A stretch of DNA of 20,000 bases. Source: Paraglomus brasilianum (taxonomy: Eukaryota). Under the pieces are notes generated by a model, which worked only from the letters and a program-made list of their open reading frames with translations, ran no database searches and was not told the DNA's origin. The DNA lies in NCBI GenBank assembly GCA_910592345.1, contig CAJVPI010000049.1, positions 47,291 to 67,290 on the forward strand, written 5' to 3'. Made by a program: the position numbers and the translations under genes. This document shows positions 1 through 10,779 of the stretch, piece by piece; the first letter of the stretch is position 1, and each line of letters starts with the position of its first letter.

Positions 1-680
1 TGTCTGTTAGCATGCCTTCGCTGAAAATGTAACTAACCCGAAGCAAGAACAGGTTTATCCATTTCTCCTTGGAGTCCCAACGTTTGCATAAACTACACAT
101 GCAATTTCAAAATAATAGTCTTTACCAACATATTTGCGTGCCGTGTGTATATTGTGCTAAACTTACTATACTAGAAAGGCACAATTAATTAGCTTCAGAA
201 TAATACAAAAATCATCATGCTTTGCATAGTACACAAGGGCACGAGAGATTTTTGAAAATAAGAGCCTTTCATATGTTTTACTATTAGAATTTTGTTACCT
301 GGTTGTTCAAGAATCTGACTCATCGAAAAAATTTTAAACATGACAAAGCACGATTAGAAAAGTTTTAGTCAATAATTCAATAGTGTGAGACTTTATTTCC
401 AAGCTATACATACGTGCTACAGCTAGTTTTAACATCAGCTACTTGATATTACATACTGGATAGTTGAGAGGTGAAATAAGGAATACAAGTTAGGCAAGAT
501 GGGGGAGAGCTAGAGTGATTACATGTTGAAATGAATTTGAAAGAGTGTGTGGTGTGAGGGAATATCATTAATATATGAATAATAATCATACGAGTAAATC
601 AAACTTTTATCTTTCTAACAAACAATTCTCAGATATTTCAACATCCTTCTCAGTCGCTTATGAATGTTTTATGCCGAGTT

Positions 681-2432
681 TTATGCGTGAGGCGCCTCGA
701 TATTCTTGTGAGTGTCATCCTTTACGATGTTGTCTACGCTTACAACGTAATCCTGTAAAAAGAACTCCAATGCAAGATGTCTTTTTTCCATCGCTTTAAA
801 TTTCTGGTCGACCGAAAAATTATCTGATAATATAGGACCCGAGAACGGGATATTTGGACGTAGATTATCGTAGAGGGCTGACCTAACTCTGTGGCGAACA
901 CACGGCAGATTTTGAATCAAACCCCATGGACCTATTACGTCGGCGCCTGTGAAAAAGAATCGATATAGAGCTTAACAAAATACGCATGCTTGAAAGAAAA
1001 GCAGAGTAATAAATCCAAGGAAGTGGATAGAATTTCGTTCACATACCGAATAAGAACATATAAATTGTCATTGCAGCAGTGTAAATACCGCCCACAGCAC
1101 TGATGAGATCAGTCACCGTCAAATCGCTAATATTAAGGAGTTAAACATATGTTAGCATAAAAGTATTTATTAACATTAGCAATATTTCTTTTTTCATTTG
1201 AGCAGTTTGTGTCATGTATACTTACGAGTTTTCGGTTTCCGTTATGACTATATAAGAATTGGGTCTTATAACTACAGCCGCGTAACTTCCGACAGCGATG
1301 TTGGGGTACGATACTAAAGCAAAATGTGCGATTAGTATGTAGTTTCTCTCGACAAAGCGGGCCTCGCTAATTAAATAAGGTATAATACTTGTTTCTCTAG
1401 CTTACCGAGTATGCTGTTTATCATTGTTATAGGTTTATGATCGCCGTTTCCAGACAGTACGTTTACAGCATTTTGGTGAAGGGTACTTACTATTTTGCGT
1501 GAGTAAAAGAGGGCGTACGACTAATCACATGAGGATTGTTATTAGTATATGGTGGAGCTAAAGTATCAAAATATAATTATTTCATTTATTGACATGTTAG
1601 AATCCGCTCACCTGGTCTCTAGCGATATAGTAAGAGTTAGCAAGCGCTACCGTAGACTCATAACCAGAAACTCCTTTTATGCGTTTCGTATTGGACAATA
1701 TTGCCAAATCAGACTCCGCATCTAAGAGTTGTTTTTTTTTTAATCAGAATTGTTTTTGTTGCATAGCATGACGATTTTGCTCATGTAACTTGTGCGGAAT
1801 ACATTAATTGTATACCTTTATCAGAAAAAAACGCATCCATATTAACATCGCCGCCAGTAAACCTTGAATCCGTTATAACAACCGCCAATTCAATGCCGAA
1901 TAAGGCATTTGCATTATCGTTAGGGTTATCAAACTCTAAGACAGGTGCACTGAAGTTTAACAAGTAACCACCGAAATATGGATAGGCGTTGGTGACATAC
2001 TTATTACAATCGCCAATCGCTAAAATATCAAATTAACGCACACGTATCAATATTGGTTATTAACAAATAGAAAATAACGTCACTGTTTCAACATACAGTA
2101 ATCATAATAGACCGTCTTGCAGTCGACTGTGAAGTCAAAAAGAGAGAAAAAAGAAGCTCCTGAAAGAAAGAGAGAATGGCTTAATATTAAATTCAATATC
2201 AGTTTTATTACATTAATAGGAAAGATTACGTACTTGGGGCAGGAATGGGGCCACTATCGTCTTCTTTATAGCTTAAAGTTCTCTCATTTTGGCTCAGCTT
2301 ATATGCTTTCCAGAAAAAATAGATTAATACGCCTATGTAGCAAATCCATAAAGATATTATTTTCGACCTTTTGATAGCAGTGAGCTCAGAACGTCGTAAA
2401 GGAAATAGGTTGTCAATGAAATTTTTTATCAT
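681..2432 (-). CDS. Copy 1: 8-exon gene for a 374-aa two-transmembrane protein with a large ectodomain (PAC/TMEM206- or ENaC-like architecture; function unknown)
   Basis: Exons (minus strand): 2432-2234, 2159-2097, 2019-1816, 1721-1612, 1520-1406, 1313-1226, 1126-1047, 946-681. All introns are GT..AG (donors gtacgt, gtatgt, gtatac, gtgagc, gtaagc, gtaagt, gtatgt) and 74-100 nt long. The spliced length is 1125 nt, open from ATG to TAA. TM1 is IISLWICYIGVLIYFFWKAY and TM2 is LISAVGGIYTAAMTIYMFLFG, followed by ADVIGPWGLIQ and LALEFFLQDYVV. The same exon structure is conserved in two paralogs. Confidence 0.9.
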
Positions 2433-2542
2433 GGTGAAATATAATGAAAATTAAATCGTCGATACTGGTCAATATATTTTTAGGGTATCCTTTTGTTATT
2501 ATTATGCAAGGATAATCGCGACTATTGGGGAAAAGCGCGGGG

Positions 2543-2549
2543 TTTTATA
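2543..2549 (-). promoter_or_regulatory. Candidate TATA box of copy 1 (TATAAAA)
   Basis: The context agtTATAAA(A/T)A-ccc(c)gc is conserved upstream of all three copies (2543-2549, 9939-9946, 14565-14572), about 80-110 nt before the ATG in the intact copies. Confidence 0.5.
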
Positions 2550-3203
2550 ACTTTATCTTTGGTGTACTGTTGCATATTTAACAATTCTGCAATAATGGCA
2601 ACACTGACAATGTCAAGTGACAAAATTTTAAACACACACAAGTCTGTCTAATCTAACTGTTTTGGTGTACAAAGGTTTGCGTTCAAATGTTTGGGCAAAA
2701 GAAATCATGTGATAAGATGCCCGTATCACGTTCAGAACAAAGTACAGTCGACCCTCCATATGTACAGTCAACCATCCATATATCATGTCTTATTCCCAAG
2801 CTCGGGATTAGTAAATATATGCACACCCTCTATATTTTGCATTGCACGGTGTTGTTCACTTCCGCTATATCTTCCTATTACTATATGCACGCCCCGTGAT
2901 TTTGTACAACAAATGATAATTACCATTACACGGGATGTCTAAACAAAGTAAAGATCATACAAAGAGTGTGATTTGTAATACTTGCATATTGCGTTGTCTT
3001 ATTGGTTATACTGTTTCTATTTGAAAGAAATTCGTTGTTTAACACCGTCTTTATCATTCCTTCGTTTAATATTAACAGGTCAGGTAAATAAAGAATTAAT
3101 GACGGATAAAGAATTTTGTAATCGTTCATAAAAGAAATAAATCCATTGTTTATCGGCATTAGACATTCATATTAATGATAGTGAGATTGATAACAGCACT
3201 GAA

Positions 3204-3404
3204 TTGCCAATAGTCAATGCCAATGATGCTATAAAGAGTTTAGAATTAGTTCGTTCCTTTTTGCAACAGCAAGAAGATTCTAAAGAGTTACTTAAACATG
3301 TTAATGCTCTTGATTACTACATTGGTTTAAAGTTGATGAATGCAAAGAAACAAACAACCATAGACAAAATTTTTTTAACCAAAAATAGTAAACAGGTATT
3401 TTAA
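3204..3404 (+). pseudogene. C-terminal fragment of a pogo/Tigger (CENP-B-like) transposase
   Basis: An acidic stretch followed by LPIVNANDAIKSLELVRSFLQQQE...KKQTTIDKIF resembles the typical Tigger/pogo transposase tail (recognised from memory). It lies inside a TA-flanked CAGT-ended element. Confidence 0.6.
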
Positions 3405-3437
3405 TATGTTTTTCATTATTATGAATAAATAAAAATA

Positions 3438-4108
3438 CAGTCGCACCTGTCTATTTGCATACTGTTGGGACCGATAGATTTTTATGCAAATAGACAGAAT
3501 ATGGAATACACGTTATCACATTACTCAAAATTTTTTATGCACTCGTAAAATATGTTATCGCTATCATTGTACAATGAAAGAAGCAATAACTTTCGAGATA
3601 GAGAGAGATATTACCGCCTTAAGATATTTAATATTCCAGATTTAACGTTAAATGTTTCATTATTATATTATTGTTATTGCCATTATTATTTAGATACAGA
3701 AACCTATGAGAACGGAAGATTTCTTGAATCCCGTTGAAGAACGTAAAATAGAAGAACTTGTGGATGAGGAGACAATAATCAATTGATCCAAGAAGGCGGG
3801 TGAGGAAGAAGATAATGAGAGAAATGAGAAGGGAAATGAGTTGCCAGTTGTTTCTGCTAAGCGTTAGATATTTTTGTTGCCAATATAATAAAATTTAAAT
3901 CGATCTTGTTGATCTCTCCTTTTATAGCATGTATACGTTGGTGGGACTTACTAGAGTTAGGGCCACTTTTGATGCACGTTCACGTTATGCAAATAATAAA
4001 GACCTCGAAACCTCACGTTATGCAAATAGCTAATAGGTCCCACGGGGCTCCTTATGCAAATTAACAGATTATGCAAATATACGTTATGCGAATAGACAGG
4101 TGCAACTG
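3438..4108. mobile_element. Nested pogo-like MITE / deletion derivative (671 bp)
   Basis: 24-bp TIRs cagtcgcacctgtctatttgcata / tatgcgaatagacaggtgcaactg (2 mismatches) and TA TSD at 3436-3437 and 4109-4110. It has multiple subterminal 'ttatgcaaata' repeats and an internal acidic remnant ending 'NELPVVSA'. Confidence 0.85.
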
Positions 4109-5319
4109 TATATATATTACGTGCAACCAATAAAATGCTGACTCTCCATATATGCTCACCCTCCATACATGCACGATCCCAAGGGTGTGCATATCGACTG
4201 TACGTATAATGGTGAAGTGAAATCTCATCAAAATACACTCAACCATCTTCTGCAAACCACAAAACTTTTTAGAAGCTGCCGTCGGGTTTACCCATGCACA
4301 AAATTTAGTTGCTTTGTCTTTATTAGTATATTGAAATTGTGTACAGCAACCGTTATGTTAGTATTCTGTCTGCGTATTGTATACCCCACGACATATTAAC
4401 TTTGTGCAACTCCACAAACTTTTTTTAATGAAAATTTTTTCCTACTTTTTTAAGCAAGACCGTCGACAGCCTAAGTTCTTAAACACATACTGTATCTTCT
4501 GAATTGTCGTTCATCGAACCAAGTTTCCAGAAGGAGCATACGTAAGTAATTTCCCAGAATTCTTCACGTTAAAAGAATTTGAGCTTTAAGCGGTTGCGTT
4601 TATCGATCGAATGCAGGGGAAGATAATGATCAGGTGACCAGGTATTGAGTTCAAAACTTGCAGTGTATAAATAAATAAAGTTCCTAAAATGGTACGATAT
4701 ACACACTCGACCATGAGAAACGTTACCATATTAATATATATAATTTGTTCCAAAAAACGTCACCACAAAATCAAACAAATATTACAAATATTGCAGATGT
4801 GACATAATCAAGCAGTAAAGATGATTATCTATTGTCACTTATCGGAACAGAGCACTTCCTTGAAATCGGACTTCATTGTATAATAGCAAATGGCGTAAGC
4901 TAGGAAAACAGATAGAAAAATGTTGTGTCTGAGTTGGGGTTCGGAACCCAGACACTCAGTCCAGAACTGAGACAGGTCCCCAACTGAGGTACAACATACC
5001 TAAAATCTAAAATCTGTAGATTTCCGTCAAGTGGAACTAGTTTGACATCGAGTTATCCGATCACAAAGCTTAGAGTTTGTGTTCAGATATATATTTTTTG
5101 TCTCCGCTAATTTTTCGTTCAGCGCTAATTTCAATTTTAGCCGACAGTTAGGCAACATGCCGCAAACCAAATGTTGCTAACAAGTTGCGAGATGTAAAGT
5201 CCGTATTACCAGTACAGTAGTATAAAAATGGAGTCAGTACTACTACGTATATGATGTTGGGGGTCATGTTATCATCAAGGTTCAGTAACAATACACTCGA
5301 CAATTTCGCCACGTATAAA

Positions 5320-5700
5320 ATTTATTGTTTTTTGTTTAAAGCCTATCGTTCATTTTTGCGCTTGAGTTCACGCTTGTGTCAATTATTATTATTTTTTGCA
5401 AAAAGCTTTTTGCTTTCTGCTTTGACCAAGAATTATCACTGCTTTTGTTGCAATATTTCAACACGTCACACTGGGTAAATACTATATGTGTGAATTTATT
5501 TTCGTGCTTTGCAAACATTTTCGTTTACGGAAAGCCTTTTTTTTCTTTTTTTCGTGTGCTTATTAATTAATCACAGATCATATCTCCTGAATTGCCATTT
5601 TATCGGACTAGGTTGCAGAAACAGATGTTTGAGATTTTAATTTTAAGCTCATGCTTGTTTACGTGTGTTTTTAATGCAGGGAGAAATAATGGTGAATAGA
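5320..5700. repeat. Diverged copy of a ~400-bp repeat also at ~4290-4650, ~10340-10779 and ~15270-15640
   Basis: Shared anchors: 'tatct(t/c)c(t/c)gaattg' (4493, 5581, 10625, 15550), 'aatgcaggg.ga.ataatg' (4610, 5673, 10743) and 'aag(c/t)ctatc.ttcat' (5339, 10358). Confidence 0.7.
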
Positions 5701-6127
5701 TGTTGACGTTACACGACGTTTGAAGAACCAACAACTTATTCTACAGCCGCTCGACTTTAAAACTGTTTGCTTACGTTTCTGAATGTTCTAAGCGAGCTAT
5801 TGTAATTATTCTAATATAAAGTCACACAAGTTCGCCATACAGATACATTCTCTTATCTGTTTGTATGCTGTGTGTTATTACCGAAACTTTCTGAACCCCG
5901 AAAACGAAGTTGCCCGAAATGGATTCTTGTACGAACCCATTGTAATACAACGGGACAGGCTAATACGTGTTTTTGCGTAAGAAAACCTGCACATTGGGTT
6001 TCGCCAAACCCCATGACTGGAGATTGACTAGTTTAATCCGGTTTCTATTGTTATTGTTATTGTTATTCGGAAGTGAAGCAGATATTTGGCCTGAGCTAAA
6101 ATACAGTTGTCAAGAACGGTTTATAGA

Positions 6128-7004
6128 TGTTCTGGCCCAAATCAGAAATCAGCCCATTCCGGGAATGGACCAGGCGCCATGTTTAGCATTTTCATTTGGG
6201 CTGACCTACACAATTTCTTATTCGTTAGTTGGATCATAAAATTATTTTAATAAAGTATTTCGTAAGTTGTGAAGGGTGGCATCTTGAACCACAGCCGGTG
6301 CCAGTTCACTTGCAAGGACACCTGTTACTATCACATTTAGATTTACAATGGCAGAGAGCTCCCGTGACTGTCGCTGAACTCTGCATCTTTACTGCTTCCG
6401 TTAGGGAGATTTGTTTCTCTGGTATGTTCTCGAGTTCAGGGAACTCTGCACTTATGCTCTCTAGATCAAAAACTTGATAACAGGTCCCCAAGATGCCATA
6501 AGCACACCCAAGATGATAAACCCCCCCATCTAAAACCTCCATAACCGGAAGAGATCTTCGATCAATACCTGTTCTATCTACCCTTGGGATATTAACTCTA
6601 ACGTAATCTCCAATGTCAAACTCTAATCGCTGTCTCTTATTTCTACTACTCATTAGATTCACCATTGCGTAGATGTTTCGATGCACTTGCTGAACAGCAA
6701 GCTCACACGGTTTTTTGTAATTCTATTTAATTGACATGCCAATCGTGTTATGAACACAGCAATTAATAAAACGCGCGAAGAACGCGAACGTTTGCAATCA
6801 TACATGAAAACAACAGGACATTTTTTCGCAGCCCAAGTGCTTATCTAAGCATTGCTCAACATTTTGTCATTATGGACTGCTGACTTTTTATGTTTGTGTT
6901 ACCAAATTTTGTCACGATCATCTGAAGATTTACAAATCCCGACATGGGCCCAAATGAGAATGCCCATTCCCGGAATGGGCTGATTTCTGATTTGGACCAG
7001 AACA
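6128..7004 (-). mobile_element. Ginger-like (integrase-type) DNA transposon, internally deleted
   Basis: TGT...ACA termini and TIRs of more than 40 bp (tgttctgg[c/t]ccaaatcagaaatcagcccattccgggaatgg at 6128, inverted at 6964-7004). Flanks are taga/tata, an imperfect 4-bp TSD. It contains an integrase C-terminal fragment. Confidence 0.8.
6234..6686 (-). pseudogene. C-terminal fragment of a KRBA2/SCAND3-like (Ginger) integrase with a Cys-rich tail
   Basis: GDYVRVNIPRVDRTGIDRRSLP...ISLTEA...CHCKSKCDSNRCPCK*TGTGCGSRCHP. The Cys/His cluster continues in frame past a premature TGA at 6306-6308. The catalytic DDE core is missing. Confidence 0.75.
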
Positions 7005-7978
7005 TATATAAATGTTTTGCTGCCAATAAGAGATAGTGATCTAATTCTCACATTATATTACTTGAAACCCGTTTTAGGAAATATCATATGGTTATACTGT
7101 ATGTGTGTAACTTCTCTGCAATTGCAATATAAATAGCAACTTCATTCCTTTGCTTTGATAAAGATGATGCAAAAAGACATAGTATTCAAGTTACGATTAT
7201 AAAACGACATAAATGCGGTCGACATGTACAGTAAGTTTAAAGATATTTTTATTCCTCTTTCTAGTACAAACTATAACAAATAACTGGAAACTATATTCAT
7301 GATACGTTACTCATTAATTTTCAATATATATTATGGCTGCTTTTAGGGAGATAACAAATGAAGGCTATTATATAAGTTTACGGGTTTATCTCATCAAAAG
7401 TCAAGATGATAACAAATCTCTCCACTGAATGATAACGAGTTCAACGAAGACATACCATCTCATTTGTGAAGAAAAGAAGAAGAAATACCCATTTGTAAAC
7501 CGATGGTATACCTACTAGGACGGGAGGAGATATGCAGCACCACGGAATCCAGTTACCATATAGTGATAGAAATAAGACCGTATTTAATGTGCGGACCCGT
7601 AGACGCAGTGCTGACACACCCATTAAACGGACGCCTTAAAAATACCTTTACTGCCGCAAAAAAATAGTCTCGACATTTTTTGAAATTATTTTATTTTTGA
7701 CTTAAATCAATACAACAATTTTCAATGACATTATTATGTTATACCCAAATATTTATTATTACGTATAAGCATGATATGATTAATAACACGTGCATTTAAA
7801 AGGTCTTGAATGTAACACAAGTATTTGGTGACTACAAAGGGTAATTTTTCATATTGTGCAATAGTAACTTCAAAATCTGGTGACTGTGACTATAATATGA
7901 TTGTGACTGTAAAGGAGGTAAATCACTATCAAAATGACTGGGACCAGAACAGACTGTGATTGTAGGGGAGGTTGACTG

Positions 7979-10779
7979 TATTACATACTGGATAGTTGAG
8001 AGGTGAAATAAAGAATATAAGTGAGGCAAGATGGGAGTGATTACATGTTGAAAAGAGTGTGTGGTGTGAGGGAATATCATTAATATATGAATAATAATCA
8101 TACGAGTAAATCAAACTTTTATCTCTCTAACAATCAATTCTCAGATATTTCAACATCCTTCTCAGTAGGCGCCTCGATATCCCTCTTGTGAGTGTCATCC
8201 TTTACGATGTTGTCTACACTTACAACGTATTCTTTAAAAAGAACTCCAATGAAAGCAATCTTTGTTCCACCGCTACAACTTTCTCGTCGCTCGAAAGATT
8301 TTTTGATAATATAGGACCCGAGAACGGAATATTTGGACGTAGACTATCGTAGAGGGCTGACCTAACTTTGTGGCGGACGCGCGGCAGATTTTGAATCAAA
8401 CCCCATGGATTCATTTCATAGGAGCCTGTGAAAAGAAAAGAGCAATCGATATTGACGTTTAACAAAATACGCACGCTTGACAGAAAAGCAGAGTAATAAA
8501 TCCAAGGAAGTGGATAGAATTTCGTTCACATACCGAATAAGAATAGATATATTCCCATTGCAAAAGTGTAAATACCACCCACAGCACTGAGGAAATCACT
8601 CACCGTCAAATCGCTAATATTAAGGAGTTAAACATATGTTCGCACAAAAGTATTCAATAACATTAGCAATACTTCTTTTTCATTTGAGCAGTTTGTGTCA
8701 TGTATACTTACGACTTTTCGGTTTCCATTATGACTATATAAGAATTGGGTCTTATAGCTATATTTGCGTAGCCCTCGACAAAAATGTTGGGGTATGATAC
8801 TAAAAGCAAAATGTGCAATTAGTATGTAGTTTCTCTCTCGATAAAGCGGGCCTCGCTAATTAAATAAGGTATAATACTTGTTTCTCTAGCTTACCGAGTA
8901 TGCTACTTATCATTGCTATAGGTTTATGATCGCCTTTTCCAGACAGGATGTTTACAGCAGTTTGTTGAAGGCGACTTGTTATTCTGCGCGAGTAAAAGAG
9001 GGCGTACGACTAATTACGTGAGGATTGTTGTTATTAGTATATCGTGGAGCTAACATATCAAAATATAATCATTTCAGGTTAGAATCCGCTCACCTGGTTG
9101 TTAGCGAAATAGTAGGTGTTAGCAAGCGCTGCCGTAGACTCATAACCAGAAACTCCTTTTATGCGTTGCGTTTTGGACGCTAATTCCAAATCAGACTTCG
9201 TATCTAAGAGTTGTTATTTTTTTAATCAGGATTGTTTTTGTTGCATAGCATAACACTTTTGCTCATGTAATTTGTGTGGAATACATTAATTGTATACCTT
9301 TATCAGCAAAGAACGCTTCCAGCAAAGCATTGCCGCCGGTAAACTTTGGATCCGTTATATTAACCATCAATTGAATGGCAAATAAGGCATTTGCATTATC
9401 TTTAGGGTTATCAAACCCTAAGTCAGGTGCACTAAAGTTTAACAAGTAAGCACCGAAATTTTGATCGTAATAGGTGTTGCCGAAATAATTATTACAATCG
9501 CCAATCGCTAAAATATCAAATTAACGCACACATATCAATGTTGGTTATTAACAAATAGAAAATAACGTCACTGTTTCAACATACAATAATTATAATAGAC
9601 CGTCTTGCAGTCGACTGTGAAGTCAAAAATAGAGAGAAAAGAGGCGACTGAAAGAGAAAAAGAATGATTTGATATTAAATTCAATATAAGTTTCATTTGC
9701 ATTAACGGGAAAATTACGTACAAGGGGCAGGAATGGGGCTACTATGGTCTTCTTTATAGCTTAAAGTTCTCTCATCTTGGCTCAGCTTATATGCTTTCCA
9801 GCCAAAATAGATTAATACGCCTATGTAGCAAATCCATAAAAATAATATTCTCGACCTTCTGATAGCAGTGAGCTCAGAACGTCGTGAAGGAAATCTGTCG
9901 ACAATGAAATTTTTTATCTATTGGGGAAAAGCGCGGGGTATTTATAACTTTTATCTTTGTTGTACTGTTGTATATTTAACGATTTTGCAATATTATCAGA
10001 GCGTAATGATCTATTGTTTGGGTAATTTTTTATAAAACTAATAGTAACGCTGACAATGTCAAGTAACAAAATTTTTTGTCATTGTCTAATTTAACCTAAT
10101 CTGTTTTGGCGTACAAAGGTTTGTGTTCAGAACTTCTTCTTTTTTTCAAGGGCTGTGCTACAGCAACACAAAGCAAAAAAAAAACATATGATAAGATGCC
10201 CGTATCACGTCAGAAAAAGTCAGTAGTACGTATAAAGGTGAAGTGAATCTCATCAAAATACACTCAACCATCTTCTGCAAACCACAAAACTTTTTTAGAA
10301 GCTGCCGTGTCATCAAGTCGAGTTTACTCATGCACAAAATTTAGTTGCTTTGTCTGGAAGTCTATCTTTCATATTATCGCTCAGAACTGGTGCTTGGCAA
10401 AACTTGTTTTCGAACAAGATTGCAGATGGCTTTGTTTTTACCGAAATAGTTATCTTTATTAGCATGTTGAAATTGTGTACAACAACCGTTATGTTAGTAT
10501 TCTGTCTGCATATTGTATACCGACATATTAACTTTGTGCAGCTCCACAAACTTTTTTTTATGAAAATTCTTTCCTACCTTTTTAAGCAAGACCGTCGACA
10601 GCCTAAGTTCTTAAACACATAATGTATCTTCTGAATTGTCGTTCATCGAACCAAGTTTTTAGAAGGAGCATACGTAAGTAATTTTCCAGAATTCTTCACG
10701 TTAAAAGAATTTAAACTTATAAGCGGTTGCGTTTATCGATCGAATGCAGGAAAGATAATGATCAGGTGACCAGATATTG
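7979..10779. repeat. Segmental tandem duplication, unit B (pairs with ~446-4650)
   Basis: Direct alignment by eye with unit A. Intron 5, for example, differs by only 2 substitutions and 2 small indels. Confidence 0.9.
8134..9917 (-). pseudogene. Copy 2: recent paralog of copy 1 that has lost its start codon and carries a C-terminal frameshift
   Basis: Exons: 9917-9722, 9647-9585, 9507-9298, 9203-9094, 9009-8895, 8799-8712, 8613-8534, 8425-8134, with splice sites intact. A 92-bp deletion (copy-1 equivalent 2431-2522) replaces ATG with an in-frame TAG at 9918-9920, and exon 1 has no other ATG. A 1-nt loss at ~8233-8235 gives LEFFLKNTL* (stop 8220) instead of ..KEYVVSVDNIVKDDTHKRDIEAPTEKDVEISEN* (stop 8134). 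Confidence 0.8.

Larger units (their letters stand above)
2745..4200 (+). mobile_element. Decayed pogo/Tigger-type DNA transposon inserted upstream of copy 1
   Basis: Absent from unit B (~10220-10230). Flanked by TA (2743-2744, 4201-4202), with ends CAGTCGA...TCGACTG and subterminal 'ccctccata/atatgcac' repeats. It contains a transposase C-terminal-like fragment. Confidence 0.75.
446..4650. repeat. Segmental tandem duplication, unit A (pairs with ~7979-10779)
   Basis: Near-identical sequence from 'tattacatactggatagttgagagg' (446 / 7979) to 'gatcaggtgaccag.tattg' (~4650 / ~10779), including introns and flanks. Unit A additionally carries the 2745-4200 insertion. Confidence 0.9.

Noticed and set aside
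1..100. Minus-strand ATG at 100 opening a frame that runs off the window (MCSLCKRWDSKEKW...)
   Set aside because: Too short, with no similarity to the family N-terminus in that frame. It cannot be evaluated at the window edge.
400..427. Possible Helitron 3' end (..tacgtgctacagCTAG|t) near the duplication boundary
   Set aside because: No convincing GC-rich hairpin and no 5' TC end or Rep/Hel remnant is visible.
575..799. Plus-strand ORFs overlapping the three paralogs (575-799, 2117-2374, 12750-12956, 13173-13391)
   Set aside because: They are antisense shadows of the spliced minus-strand genes and are not conserved as ORFs between copies.
3985..4100. Repeated 'cacgttatgcaaata' units with spacers, superficially CRISPR-like
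   Set aside because: Spacing is irregular, the context is eukaryotic, and they are subterminal repeats matching the TIR of the 3438-4108 MITE.
4925..4971. Two adjacent hairpins (gtgtctg..gggttc g gaaccc agacac, and ctcagt..actgag)
   Set aside because: No tRNA cloverleaf and no correctly spaced Helitron CTRR end. There is no independent support.
6047..6066. (TATTGT)3 repeat giving a poly-Leu, signal-peptide-like stretch in ORF 5967-6239
   Set aside because: It is a microsatellite artefact, and the ORF runs into the Ginger TIR.
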